Assembly (NCBI RefSeq): GCF_039654945.1
Contig: NW_027361792.1
Location: 5,456,001 to 5,520,000, forward strand
Source: Dendrobates tinctorius
Lineage: Eukaryota
Length of the DNA: 64,000 nt
Reading direction: 5' to 3'
Shown: positions 47,622 to 61,300 of the stretch, in pieces
Layout: every line of letters starts with the position of its first letter
How positions within the stretch are numbered: the first letter of the stretch is position 1
Made by a program: the position numbers and the translations under genes
The notes under the pieces: model-generated
Database searches by the model: none
What the model was told of the DNA's origin: nothing
Seen by the model: only the letters and a program-made list of their open reading frames with translations

Positions 47622-50549
47622 TGTGAAATTGAAAAATGGCAGAACTATTGAGTCGTTGTGGGCCGTAATCCATCTTCTGCCATACACCCGCAGCGATTAT
47701 TGACCATCTTGCAGCCCCCTGGAGGGCCAGGGCCTGATAACGTTATCTCTGGGTTATTATCAGGGGTTGGTTCGGCCTCAGCAGGACACATCTTGATGGA
47801 GAAGTGTTGAAGCCTTGGTGGCTGATAACAGAGGACAGTAGTCGGCAGTGAGATCCGGTAGAAGTAGATATTTGGGGGGCTCTCACTCTTCACAAGGTAA
47901 CAACACCTCCGGAAAAAAATGGTGACTGTCACTGCCCCATATTACAGCTCACTGAAGGGCGCCAGGTACCTGAACGGAGGTAAAGGGATTATTCCCATCT
48001 TCACAAATTGGTCCAGTCAGGTTGTGCTGGTAAAAACGGCCAATTTTGCCATTTACGGCTCAATAAAATTTAGATCTGTTCTTGAGATATTAACACTTTT
48101 CTTTATTTCACAGCTCATTGCCAAGGAGACCGACCTCCGCTGCTAAAAAGCAGAACATGCGGAGAGCTCGCAAGCTCTTTTCTAGACAGCTTGTAAGCGC
48201 TGATTTGAAGCTAGCCAGAATCAACGGAGAAAGCTGCAACCTCCTAATCCCAAGCCAGCTTCAGAGCAGCGCTTACAAGCTGTATAGAAAAGAGCTTGTG
48301 AGCACTGCGCATGGTCTACTCTTTAGAAGCGCTGGTCGGTCTCCTAGGAACAGAACTGTGAGCCAAAAGATAAATGCGAATATCTCAAAAACGGCTGCAA
48401 ATTTTAAAAAGCAGTAAATTGCAACAGTAGTTCTTTTTTAAAGCACTTGTCCGACAATATCCGACTGTTAAGATGGGAGTAACCCTTTAATTTTCATACA
48501 TAATAAAAAACAAACAGAGCTGCAGTGTACAGCATGGGGGAGGACCAGAACATCAGACTGCGCCTCGATGAGATATATAAATGTATATTCCTATGTGTTT
48601 AAGGAAGACGTGGCACAAAGTTTAATGTGTTGGCACATTTGTGCCCAATTCCCAAAATCGGGGTGGAGGTGATGGTGGGGGGGAGACACTTGAAGTTCTC
48701 GGATGCAAATAAAAAACTTGTAACAGGGTCATCTTATAATATTGGTCTCATTTTATGGGGAAAAAAAAGAGAACTTTGGGGTTTGCTAATGCTCCAGGAC
48801 CCAGCGCAATCATCAAAAAATACCTCTGTGCTGCTGGAACACGTCCTCCTACTTACTGACGTTCTCCTTCTACTCATTCCGCTTCTTATGTCTTCGCTGA
48901 AATAACTTACGATGAGTATACGGTCACTGTCTCCAGGAACCTCAGCATACTCCTCTCCTGCTGTTGGTATCATTCCAAATGATCTGTAAGTATCAGCGAT
49001 CTTAGGAGCCAATGAGAGCGGTGATCAAGTATCAGCCAGAAGTGAAGCCTGGGTTTGATAAGCTGCAGTCTCTTCTGATCTCACCACATTACTATCACTG
49101 CATCTCTAGAGCACTTTGATGTGGGGATGATACTGGCAGCATTGATGTCCATGCATATATGTCACCTCTTACAGACTCATGGTGACCACAGAGTCCACTG
49201 CTCATCAATCAAACTGAAATAGGGGATTTAAAAAAGCTATTTTCCATAAATTTGCATTTTTGCTTAATCTAGAGTAAATGCCGCTGTTCTCCTGAATCCG
49301 GCGTTGTTTTTCTTTTGTTCCTACGCCTCTCCGTTCCTGAGATATGGCCCTTTGTTCCCTGTATATACATTTAGTCTTTTTTATACAAGAGGGTGTGGTA
49401 CTCAAGAAAGTCTTTTTAGGGGTCACGCCCATTTGGCTAAAAAAGACAAGCTTTATATACAGGTAAAAGTGGTCCATATCTCAGGAACGGAAAGGCGCAG
49501 GAATAAAAGAAAAACATCGCCGGATTCAGGAGAACAGCGGCATTTACAATGAATAACAAAAAATACATATTTATGGCATGTGGCAGATCTTTTTTATGGC
49601 TACTTTCACACTCGCATCGTGTTTTCCATAGTGTCCGAGATATAGTGTAGAGCAGCGTCTCCAGGCACAGAGTTAGAGGTGGTCATTTACTTTATATAAA
49701 TGCAGATTCCAGTGGCGCCATACAGTCATCTAATTTGTGTGGGGTGTTTACTCTTCAAGCGGAAAAAGGATCGGGCTGTTGGATTTCAATATGACCCATC
49801 GTCTTATTAACTGTTAGCGACACAGACTCTGGGTTGCACTGTCTACAGCTGCCTGCAGAATGGGTTAACTGGACATCTTTCAGCGAGCTCCTTCTGATGG
49901 TCTGGCAGGAGACTTTGTAACTCTATCTTTTTCTGAGTTCCACTCAGCTGTTTTATGACCATAGACCACATCAAAGTTGAATGTGCAGGGAAACAAATAA
50001 AAGCAACACTGATTTTTCAGCCCCAAATACATTCATTTAAAGGGGTTGTCCAGAACTTTTGTATTGATCGCCTATCCTTAGGATAGGTTTTCAATATCTA
50101 ATAAGTGGGGATGCAACATCTGCCCCCCCCCACCAATCAGCTATTCCTGACGGCACAACAACCCATCAGATATTGATGATCTACGGCATATCCCCGGCAT
50201 ATGAACGCTGCAGCCAGTGATTGGCTGCAGAGGTCACGTGTATAAAACGGGAACAGGATGTACAGAGCTGCAGATCTGGCCATTCATTGGCTGCAGTAGT
50301 TACATGAACATCCATACAGGACGAGTGGGATCGATAGGTGATGTGATTATTATCTTATTGTCCATGCTGGGACATTTTTTTTTTACATTTTTTTTATTTA
50401 TAGGACTGGGCAACCCCTTTAAGCATGATGATCGATCCTTATTCTCACTGATCCCCCTGCACTCGTGTACTCACACTGCCAGGATTCCCGCTGCTCCGGG
50501 GACACGGATTGCTTCTTTTATGTACGATGTTCTTAAATTAGGGGAAGAA

Positions 50550-50555
50550 TTTATT
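50550..50555 (-). terminator. Candidate LMO2 polyadenylation signal AATAAA
   Basis: First AATAAA or ATTAAA I found on the minus strand after the LMO2 stop. Confidence 0.5.
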
Positions 50556-50990
50556 AGGACAGGATACTGAAAGCAGACAAGACTTTTATACCCGACTAAC
50601 AGAAAATAACATTATTACACACCGTTCACATAGACTCTGTAAAATTCTGTAAATTGTCTGCTGGCACAAAACACATCACATTATACTTAGTATTTCGTTC
50701 TGCTGCTCCTTGTCCTTCTCAGGGTCGGGCCTCATACATATTGACGTATTACAGATCCATGACACAGTGCTCATATGCTTTAACGTGCACTGTATTACGG
50801 CAGCATCATATGGCGGCACACATTGTACTGAACTGCTAAACTGTTGAATGCATAATACATTTTAAGTTTGCTCTGTTATTCCAGAATCTAAAAGTATTTA
50901 TGTTCTGTCCAACTGAGAATCCGTTACCAACCTACATAGAATTCATCTAGATAAAAACTCGGTAACTTTGTAGATACAATGCACTACTTA

Positions 50991-52087
50991 TACTCCAGAG
51001 CTGCATTCACAATTCTGCTGGTGCAGTCACTGTGTACATTACATTACATTACTAATCCTGAGTTACCTCCTGTATTATTCTCCAGAGCTGCACTCACTAT
51101 TCTGCTGGTGCAGTCACTGTGTACATTACATTACATTACTGATCCTGAGTTACATCCTGTATTATACCCCAGAGCTGCACTCACTATTCTGCTGGTGCAG
51201 TCACTGTGTACATACATTACATTACTGATCCTGAGTTACATCCTGTATTATACCCCAGAGCTGCACTCGCTATTCTGCTGGCGCAATCACTGTGTACATA
51301 CATTGCATTATTGATCTTGTACTGATCCTATGCACATAGTGACTGCACCAGAACAGTGAATGCAGCTCTGGAGTATAATACAGGAGGTTAATACAGAAGG
51401 TAACTCAGGATCAGTACAGGATAAGTAATGTAATGTATGTACACAGTGACTGCACCAGCAGAATAGTGAGTGCAGCTCTGGAGTATAATACAGGATGTAA
51501 CTCAGGATCAGTAATGTAATGTATGTACACAGTGACTGCACCAGCAGAATAGTGAGTGCAGCTCTGCAATATAATACAGGATGTAACTCAGGATCAGTAA
51601 TGTAATGTATGTACACAGTGACTGCACCAGCAGAATAGTGAGAGCAGCTCTGGAGTATAATACAGGATGTAACTCGGGATCAGTAATGTAATGTATGTAC
51701 ACAGTGACTGCACCAGCAGAATAGTGAGTGCAGCTCTGGGGTATAATACAGGATGTAACTCAGGATCAGTAATGTAATGTATGTACACAGTGACTGCACC
51801 AGCAGAATAGTGAGTGCAGCTCTGGAGTATAATACAGGATGTAACTCAGGATCAGTAATGTAATGTATGTACACAGTGACTGCACCAGCAGAATAGTGAG
51901 TGCAGCTCTGGAGTATAATACAGGATGTAACTCAGGATCAGTAATGTAATGTATGTACACAGTGACTGCACCAGCAGAATAGTGAGTGCAGCTCTGGAGT
52001 ATAATACAGGATGTAACTCAGGATCAGTAATGTAATGTATGTACACAGTGACTGCACCAGCAGAATAGTGAGTGCAGCTCTGGAGTA
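50991..52087. repeat. 86-bp tandem repeat arranged as two inverted blocks (~4 + ~9 units)
   Basis: TACTCCAGAGCTGCACTCACTATTCTGCTGGTGCAGTCAC... on + up to ~51330, then its reverse complement. Confidence 0.93.
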
Positions 52088-52654
52088 TTAATAAGACATA
52101 ATTCTGCACTCTTGTAAAAAGAATAAAAATTGTGTGAAAGTGCAAATGTGAGCCTAACTTTCTGTAATGCAGTATACATGAGGTCAGTGGTTTCCCTCAC
52201 CCTGGAGCTTCGGAGGATACTGTATAAACCATTCCACGCAGGAAGGAATATGTCAGTTACATTTAGATGGTCATTGACCCTTCAACAACAAAGAAAGATT
52301 AATTTTAAAAATCAAAAAGTGGAAACTAAGGACAGAGATATTCGTATTGCATAGATTATCCGGCATCGGCCAATGATATTTACAAATTATTTTTCCAGTC
52401 CCTGACAAAAATTGCAGCATAGCATGGCACCAGTGTCACCAGATAGCTTTCCTGTAGCTTGTAGGTATCCACCAAAAAATATTGCCCTATTCTTGTCATT
52501 GCAGAAGCACCACGGTGAGGTCTGAAGTAGGAGCATCCTGTGAGTCCGCTGACCGAGACCTTGGAGGAATATCTTGGCTTCAGTGTACTAAGTAACTCAA
52601 TGTCAGTTGCGAATGTCATAGTGTGTGATCTACTTAGAGAGGGTGCATCCGATG

Positions 52655-52874
52655 CTACATCATCCCGTTAAGTTTGGTCCATTCGTAGATGTCCTGCTCG
52701 CACACAATGTCCGAGTTGATGAGCAGGTAACGGTCACCGACACAGAAATGTTTCTGACAAGCCGCGCACTTGAAGCACTCCAGGTGGTAGACTTTGTCCT
52801 TCACCCGCATGGTCATTTCGTAGGCTCGGATCCTCTTGTCACATGAGGCGCACAAACCGTCCTGACCAAAAAGC
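52655..52874 (-). CDS. LMO2: LMO2 LIM2 exon and stop
   Basis: [24 protein letters not shown]...EWTKLNGMM*. Confidence 0.98.
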
Positions 52875-55450
52875 CTGGAAAGAGAATCACAAACAGGATA
52901 CTGTTATGGGGAGCACAAAATGATAGGAGTCATGGCTGCCACCATGGGAATGGTCCAATGGATGATACAATGTGGGATGACCGACTGTACAATGTGGACT
53001 GAAGGACTCTACAATATGTGATGAAGGACTCTACAATGTGGGATGATGGGCTGTACAATGTGGGATGATGGGCTGTACAATGTGGGATGATGGGCTGTAC
53101 GATGGAGGATGACGGGCTGTACGATGGAGGATGACGGGCTGTACGATGGAGGATGACGGGCTGTACGATGGGGATGAAGGACTCTACAATGGGGGATGAA
53201 GGACTCTACGATGGGGGATGACGGACTGTAAGATGGGGGATGACGCACTCTACGATGAGGGATGATGGACTCTACGATGGGGATGACGGACTGTACAATG
53301 GGGGACAATGGACTGTACAATCGGGGATGAAGGACTGTGCAATGGGGGATGAAGGACTGTATGATGTGGGCTGAAGGACTCTACAATATGTGATGATGGA
53401 ATGTACAATGTGGGATGATGGGCTGTACAATGGGGATGACGGACTGTACGATGTGGCATGACGGACTGTACAATGGGGATGAAGGACTCTACAATGGGGG
53501 AAGACGGTCTGTACAATGTGGGATGATGGACTCTACAATGGGGGAAGACGGTCTGTACAATGTGGGATGACGGACTGTACGATGTGGCATGACGGACTGT
53601 ACAATGGGGATGACGGACTGTACGATGTGGCATGACGGACTGTACAATGTGGGATGATGGACTCTACAATGGGGAAAGACGGTCTGTACAATGTGGGATG
53701 ATGGACTCTACAATGGGGGAAGACGGTCTGTACAATGTGGGATGATGGACTCTACAATGGGGGAAGACGGACTGTACAATGTGTGATGACGGACTGTACA
53801 ATGTGGGATAATGGACTGTATAATGGGAGATGATGAACTGTACAGTTGGGGAAGACGGACTGTACAATGTGGGATGATGGACTGGTCAATGTTGGAAGAT
53901 GGGCTGGGATGTACCGTGTGGGATAATGGACTGTACAATGGGGAATGATGGAATGTACGATATTGGATGATGGACTGTACAATGGGGGATGATGGGCTGG
54001 GATGTATCCTGTGGGATGACGGACTGTACAATATGTGATGATGTAGGTGATTACCTATGAAATGTCTGATGATGGACATTACAATCATGTATCGGTTGTA
54101 CTCTACATGTATGATGGTGGCATATAGAGCGTAAACCATTTTCTCTACCTTAAGTAATCTCTCCGGCACAACTTGCGTCCTAATTTGTAGTAAAGTCTCC
54201 TCCCGACTTCCCCTAACCGGCATCCACACAGGTCACAGCTTAGACAGTCCTCGTGCCAATATTGGTCGATGGCCTTTAGGAAGTAGCGGTCCCCAATATT
54301 TTGCTGGCAACCCCCACATGTCAAAAGTGAAGGTGGGATCTGCAGGACTTCATCCACGGGCTCACTGTTGGGAAACAATATTCATAGAGGTCACGGTGTG
54401 TGGACATTGTAAGATGTCTTTCCGTATCACCTGCCATCTGCCAAGCAGAAGTCATTAGCGGAGTAGACCACCAAGTGGCTGTCACCTCTGGATGAGGGTC
54501 ACCCACAGGGTGCAGAATGGCCGAGTGCACACTGCACCACCTGCACTTGTGAATTTTAACACAACAGTGTGGCTTAAATATTTCTCTATCTAATGGGCTA
54601 GTGAGCGTCCTATTCCCGAAGCCATCGGAAAACTTCCTATCCCCCAACCAAAATTCACATATCCAAAAACCAAGATGAGTCCTCAGCCAGCGACACAGAA
54701 AAGCACGTGGCACGATGGAGAAACACATGGCGTCCGCTCTGCATCCTGACCTGTCTACTAATAACCCATTTATGGAGGACTGCCGATATTGGCAAGACAC
54801 ATACACTTTTTAGGAAAACATTCCAAACAGCTACTAAATGTATCACCTCTAGTCTGGGGTCCTCCTGACTAATACTGGGGTACAGAAGGATCGGGCAATG
54901 TTGACTTACCCCCCGGGAGCTTTTCTGCAAAGCAGGCCATCAGTAAATCACTGTGCCTGGGATACAGGGGTATTGGGTCCAGAGGCAAGGACCACCCCTG
55001 GTTCTCACACATCCCCCAGTCATGCATCAGCTCGGAAGATAGGAAAACGATGGGAGCAGCAAAACCGAAAATATGAGTTCTGTTCTCCGCTGATAAGTTG
55101 CTCAAAAGTTTATTCAGCTGCTTCATAAATGTACGGGAAGGACAGTGACCACTAGAATGACGGCATTACAGACCGTGTCGGACTGGGGCCCCCAGAGCTC
55201 ACCAGTAACCATCCCCAAGGCCCCACCTTTCAGCTACATGCAAATGTGACATTATCCTCAATCACAAATTTATATAACAATGAACTGGATGGATTGTTAA
55301 ATGAATAAGATGCCGCCTTTGTATATAGTGACTCATGTATACTGTGCCAAGTACTGCTCATATACGAGGGGGGTGGCCCACCGGAGGATTCTCCTGTTCT
55401 CCTATGGGACAGTCCAGGCCTGATTACAGATCTGGCTGAGGTTGTCACTC

Positions 55451-55496
<46 letters not shown>

Positions 55497-56568
55497 GTAA
55501 TTACTATCTAATCTTTCATATACAGTATGTGTATCTAATACTATCTATGTATCTATGAAGAAATTGTAGAAAATGTAGGCAGCTCTCCTGGAAGTATTCA
55601 ATGCAAAAAGTTCAAAAATATATTCGCCCATGTGTAAAGTTTTACACAAGGTCCAATAAATGGTTGCATTAAATATTGTTTGTGGAAAGCTGCCTACATT
55701 GTTTTGTCTTATATTATTTGTTACCTACAATAATATTCATCTTGTTCTTTCTTCCTCTCTCTCTTTCTTTCCTTTCTCTTTTTCTTGTTTGTTTTATTTC
55801 TTTTTCTCTTTACTTCTATTTTTTCTTACGTTACATTGTTCCTACCTTTACCTCTACTTTCTGTCTGATACCTCACCTTTCTGCCAGGCAATTCAGAGTT
55901 AATAACCTGCACACAGCCAAGGGGAGACTGCATTTTAACCCTTTGGTTTGAGCTCTTTGACTTAAGATAACGGCTACGTTTTACCTGCAATCCCCTCTCG
56001 GGTCTGTATTTCATCGGGATTTCTATGCCAGTGGCTCTGTGTTTTGCAGACACTCCTGGTTCTGGCATAGAAGCACTGATGTGTGAATAAAGCCTTATAA
56101 ATCTCCTACATCTCATCTCCCTGCCCTGTAAACTGGAGACGAGGTATCAATCTCCTGCACTGTGTACAGTGTTGGCATCCCTGACATGAGGCGGTGGGCG
56201 ATATTGGGGTCTTACGTTGCATATTGGGGGTCGCGCATCACAAGATCATTCTATAGAGCCTATTCGTGCGCCAGTCTACTCTTTGCACACCTCAAGCCCC
56301 GTTTAATGTACTGCAGCCCCAATGCAAACCATTGCCCACCATCCTTCATTTCGGCAATCGTCCCCAACTCCGTCCCCGTTGTCAATTCACATCGACGACC
56401 CACTCTATCCCGGCTGTCCCCCCCCCCACAGACCCGTTACCTGGGTCTTACGTCAAGGTGGCACCCCGCACCCAGCTACGCCCCACCATGTGCTCTAACA
56501 ATAAGACCCCCCGCCCCATGTGCTTACTCTGCAGGGTCCAGGCTCTTCCGCTCTATGGCTGATGACAT
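52655..56568 (-). CDS. LMO2: LIM domain only 2 (rhombotin-2), 3 coding exons, 158 aa
   Basis: Exons 56568-56528, 54364-54149, 52874-52655 total 477 nt; [33 protein letters not shown]...[12 protein letters not shown] with two LIM domains. Confidence 0.98.
52960..54045. repeat. Degenerate ~21-bp minisatellite in the last LMO2 intron
   Basis: TGTACAATGTGGGATGACGGAC variants. Confidence 0.9.
54149..54364 (-). CDS. LMO2: LMO2 LIM1 exon
   Basis: [19 protein letters not shown]...LCRRDYL. Confidence 0.98.
55451..55496. repeat. (ATCT)n microsatellite in an LMO2 intron
   Basis: About 11 copies. Confidence 0.9.
56528..56568 (-). CDS. LMO2: LMO2 first coding exon
   Basis: [13 protein letters not shown]; donor GA|GTAAGC. 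Confidence 0.95.
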
Positions 56569-56879
56569 TTGCCTTCTCCGGTGCGTCCCCCCCCCTTATT
56601 ATCCAAATCAACGGTGCGTCGTCTTCTTCGCACCCAGCCACGGTCAAGGGTTTCGCCGTCACGAGTCCGCGCATCGGGGTCCCCTAATGACTGCGCTTGC
56701 CCCCCGACTCCCAGGGTCACTCAGTGGAGATCTCCGCTTGCCCGTCTCCATCGCTGAGCAGCCACATCTGGCAGATGAAGGCGTCCCTGGTACAAGAAGG
56801 GCAGGTCTGGGAGGGAAGCCTGTGTCGCTGTCACTTATATAGCGGATTGCTGTCCCCTCTGCAGCATTGCCGCCTAAGC

Positions 56880-56945
56880 TCAGCCCCTTTGCTTTCATTT
56901 CCTTTTTCCTGATGACCATTCAAATACAATAGAAGGAAATGGTAT
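56880..56945 (-). promoter_or_regulatory. LMO2 proximal promoter, tandem ETS (GGAA) sites
   Basis: CAGGAAAAAGGAAATGAAA at 56911-56893, ~330 nt upstream of the ATG in CpG-rich DNA; matches the human LMO2 proximal-promoter motif as recalled. Confidence 0.55.
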
Positions 56946-58348
56946 TTAAAGCCACAGCTGCTCACATCTCTGTAACTAGCCCTCCAGGGCTCCTACACTG
57001 CAGCTGTCCTATTTATTAACCCCCTGGATCCCTGGGGGGGGAGAAAAACCGAGCGCAGCTTTAAATTGCACGTAGCTTTTAGGATTGCAAAGGTTAATTC
57101 TTCCCGGCTAGTAAGTGGTTGTATGGCGGTGTATATACAGTGCGGCATCATTATAGGAACGCCGTCCTTGCACGCAGCGTGCGGAGGATTGGAGACGGTG
57201 CCGCCATCAGTAAAGTCGCAGCCTGACCTCCCGTCACCGCAGCAGCGATACCTGCTGACGATGCCGCTGTCAGGACGGTGAGCGGTGGCCCCTGGATAGG
57301 GCCACACGCAGAGACCAAGGCAGTTACGGGATACGTCTCATCGTGACACTTTTTTTTTTCCAACCATTTCTTGATTTTGTTTTTATTTTGTGACTGATGC
57401 GTCTTTTATCGTATGGTGTAAAGGTTTAGCGGTCGTTGTTACTGCCACCTAGCAGAAATAAGAACGGAAATAATGGAAATTCAGAGAGCCGAACCTTCCG
57501 ATAGATATAATGCCAAACAGTACAACCACTCGGTAGCCAAATACGACTTCCACATGGTGCCAAAATAATAACGTAATCCACTGACCGTATAATAATGCCA
57601 GGCGGTATCCAAATAGTGCCATGATAATACCGTCATACAGTAGCCAAATAATACATCCATGTAGGGCCCACATAATACATCAATTCAATGGCTAAAAAAT
57701 ACCGCCAAGTAGTAGCCAAAAATACTTCCACATAGTAACAGCCTTTTCCTGGGCAAATAATACTGCGATACAGTTGTTAAATAATACTCCCTTGATTCCA
57801 CACAATAGTGTCTAAATAATGCCGCCATAAAGGAGCAAAATGGTAGTTCCAGATCGCGCCCACATAATGAAGTGATGTAGCCATCCTCCCATATGGAGTC
57901 CACACGATATATGTATCCAGTGACTAAATAATACTGCCATCCCAAAAATGATGCAGTTTAGTGCCGGCATAATATTGCTAAATATTCCCACACAACACTG
58001 CCATTAGTAGTGTTTTTCCACTCCACAGGGGGCTATGCTCCCACACGGCTGTCATTGAGTTCCAGACTAAGTGAAGTTTTGCCTAAATGTAAGTCATACG
58101 TACAGACGGCAACTTGTCTGATAGCACAGGTGTCACTCAGCGGCGCGGGGCTCGGGCGCCGGATACAGGACCTCTTCTGTTCAGCAACTGATGGGTTTCA
58201 TTCCAAAACTTTGTATTATATGACATGTGCAAAACATTGGCCCCAACAGGCACTAATCACAACCGCTATGTGATCTGACTGCAGGACTGTGACGCCCCGT
58301 CTGTCAGAGGGTGGCACAGTGACCACATAGATCAGCACCGGACTGAGG

Positions 58349-61300
58349 ATCTGTCCCGATAGACTGCAACCACCAACCAACTGGGCCAAATACTGCAACC
58401 ACCAAGCATCTGTCCCGATAGACTGTAACCACCAACCAACTGGGCCAAATACTGCAACCACCAAGCATCTGTGCTGATATACTGTAACCACCAACCAACT
58501 GTGCCAAATACTGCAACAACCAAGCATCTGTGCTGATATACTGTAACCACCAACCAACTGGGCCAAATACTGCAACCACCAAGCATCTGTGCCAATAGAC
58601 TGCAACCACCAACCAACTGGGCCAAATACTGCAACCACCAAGCATCTGTGCTGATATACTGTAACCACCAACCAACTGGGCCAAATACTGCAACAACCAA
58701 GCATCTGTGCCGATAGACTGTAACCACCAACCAACTGGGCCAAATACTGCAACCACCAAGCATCTGTCCCGATAGACTGTAACCACCAACCAACTGGGCC
58801 AAATACTGCAACCACCAAGCATCTGTGCTGATATACTGTAACCACCAACCAACTGTGCCAAATACTGCAACAACCAAGCATCTGTGCTGATATACTGTAA
58901 CCACCAACCAACTGGGCCAAATACTGCAACCACCAAGCATCTGTGCCAATAGACTGCAACCACCAACCAACTGGGCCAAATACTGCAACCACCAAGCATC
59001 TGTGCTGATATACTGTAACCACCAACCAACTGTGCCAAATACTGCAACAACCAAGCATCTGTGCCGATAGACTGTAACCACCAACCAACTGGGCCAAATA
59101 CTGCAACAACCAAGCATCTGTGCCGATAGACTGTAACCACCAACCAACTGGGCCAAATACTGCAACAACCAAGCATCTGTGCCGATAGACTGTAACCACC
59201 AACCAACTGGGCCAAATACTGCAACCACCAAGCATCTGTGCTGATATACTGTAACCACCAACCAACTGGGCCAAATACTGCAACCACCAAGCATCTGTGC
59301 CGATAGACTGTAACCACCAACCAACTGGGCCAAATACTGCAACAACCAAGCATCTGTGCCGATAGACTGTAACCACCAACCAACTGGGCCAAATACTGCA
59401 ACAACCAAGCATCTGTGCCGATAGACTGTAACCACCAACCAACTGGGCCAAATACTGCAACCACCAAGCATCTGTGCTGATATACTGTAACCACCAACCA
59501 ACTGGGCCAAATACTGCAACCACCAAGCATCTGTGCCGATAGACTGTAACCACCAACCAACTGGGCCAAATACTGCAACCACCAAGCATCTGTGCTGATA
59601 TACTGTAACCACCAACCAACTGTGCCAAATACTGCAACAACCAAGCATCTGTGCCGATAGACTGTAACCACCAACCAACTGGGCCAAATACTGCAACCAC
59701 CAAGCATCTGTGCTGATATACTGTAACCACCAACCAACTGGGCCAAATACTGCAACCACCAAGCATCTGTGCCAATAGACTGCAACCACCAACCAACTGG
59801 GCCAAATACTGCAACCACCAAGCATCTGTGCCAATAGACTGCAACCACCAACCAACTGGGCCAAATACTGCAACCACCAAGCATCTGTGCCGATAGACTG
59901 CAACCACCAACCAACTGGGCCAAATACTGTAAACACCAAGCATCTGTGCCGATAGACTGTAACCACCAACCAACTGGGCCAAATACTGCAACCACCAAGC
60001 ATCTGTGCCGATAGACTGTAACCACCAACCAACTGGGCCAAATACTGCAACCACCAAGCATCTGTGCCAATAGACTGCAACCACCAACCAACTGGGCCAA
60101 ATACTGCAACCACCAAGCATCTGTGCCGATAGACTGCAACCACCAACCAACTGGGCCAAATACTGTAAACACCAAGCATCTGTGCCGATAGACTGTAACC
60201 ACCAACCAACTGGGCCAAATACTGCAACCACCAAGCATCTGTGCCGATAGACTGTAACCACCAACCAACTGGGCCAAATACTGCAACCACCAAGCATCTG
60301 TGCCAATAGACTGCAACCACCAACCAACTGGGCCAAATACTGCAACCACCAAGCATCTGTGCCGATAGACTGTAACCACCAACCAACTGGGCCAAATACT
60401 GTAAACACCAAGCATCTGTGCCGATAGACTATAACCACCAACCAACTGGGCCAAATACTGCAACCACCAAGCATCTGTGCTGATAGACTGTAACCACCAA
60501 CTAACTGGGCCAAATACTGTAACCACCAAGCATCTGTGCCGATAGACTGTAACCACCAACCAACTGGGCCAAATACTGCAACCACCAAGCATCTGTGCTG
60601 ATATACTGTAACCACCAACCAACTGGGCCAATTACTGTAACCACCAAGCATCTGTGTCGATAGACTGTAACCACCAAGCATCTGTACCGATAGACTGTAG
60701 CCACCAACCAACTGGGCCAAATACTGCAAAAACCAAGCATCTCTGCTGATATACTGTAACCACTAACCAACTGGGCCAAAAACTGCAACCACCAAGCATC
60801 TCTGCTGATATACTGTAACCACCAACCAACTGGGCCAAATACTGCAACCACCAAGCATCTGTGCTGATATACTGTAACCACCAACCAACTGGGCCAAATA
60901 CTGTAACTACCAAGCATCTGTGCCGATAGACTGTAACCACCAACCAACTTGGCCAAATACTGCAACCACCAAGCATCTGTGCTGATATACTGTAACCACC
61001 AACCAACTGGGCCAAATACTGTAACTAACAAGCATCTGTGCCAATAGACTGTAACCACCAAGCATCTGTACCGATAGACTGTAACCACCAACCAACTGGG
61101 CCAAATACTGCAACCACCAAGCATCTGTGCTGATATACTGTAACCACCAACTGGGCCAAATACTGCAACCACCAAGCATCTGTGCTGATATACTGTAACC
61201 ACCAACCAACTGGGCCAAATACTGTAACCACCAAGCATCTGTGCCGATAGACTATAACCACCAACCAACTGGGCCAAATACTGCAACCACCAAGCATCTG

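Noticed and set aside
48734-49012. 92-aa intergenic ORF
   Set aside because: No recognisable homology or exon partners; likely decayed repeat
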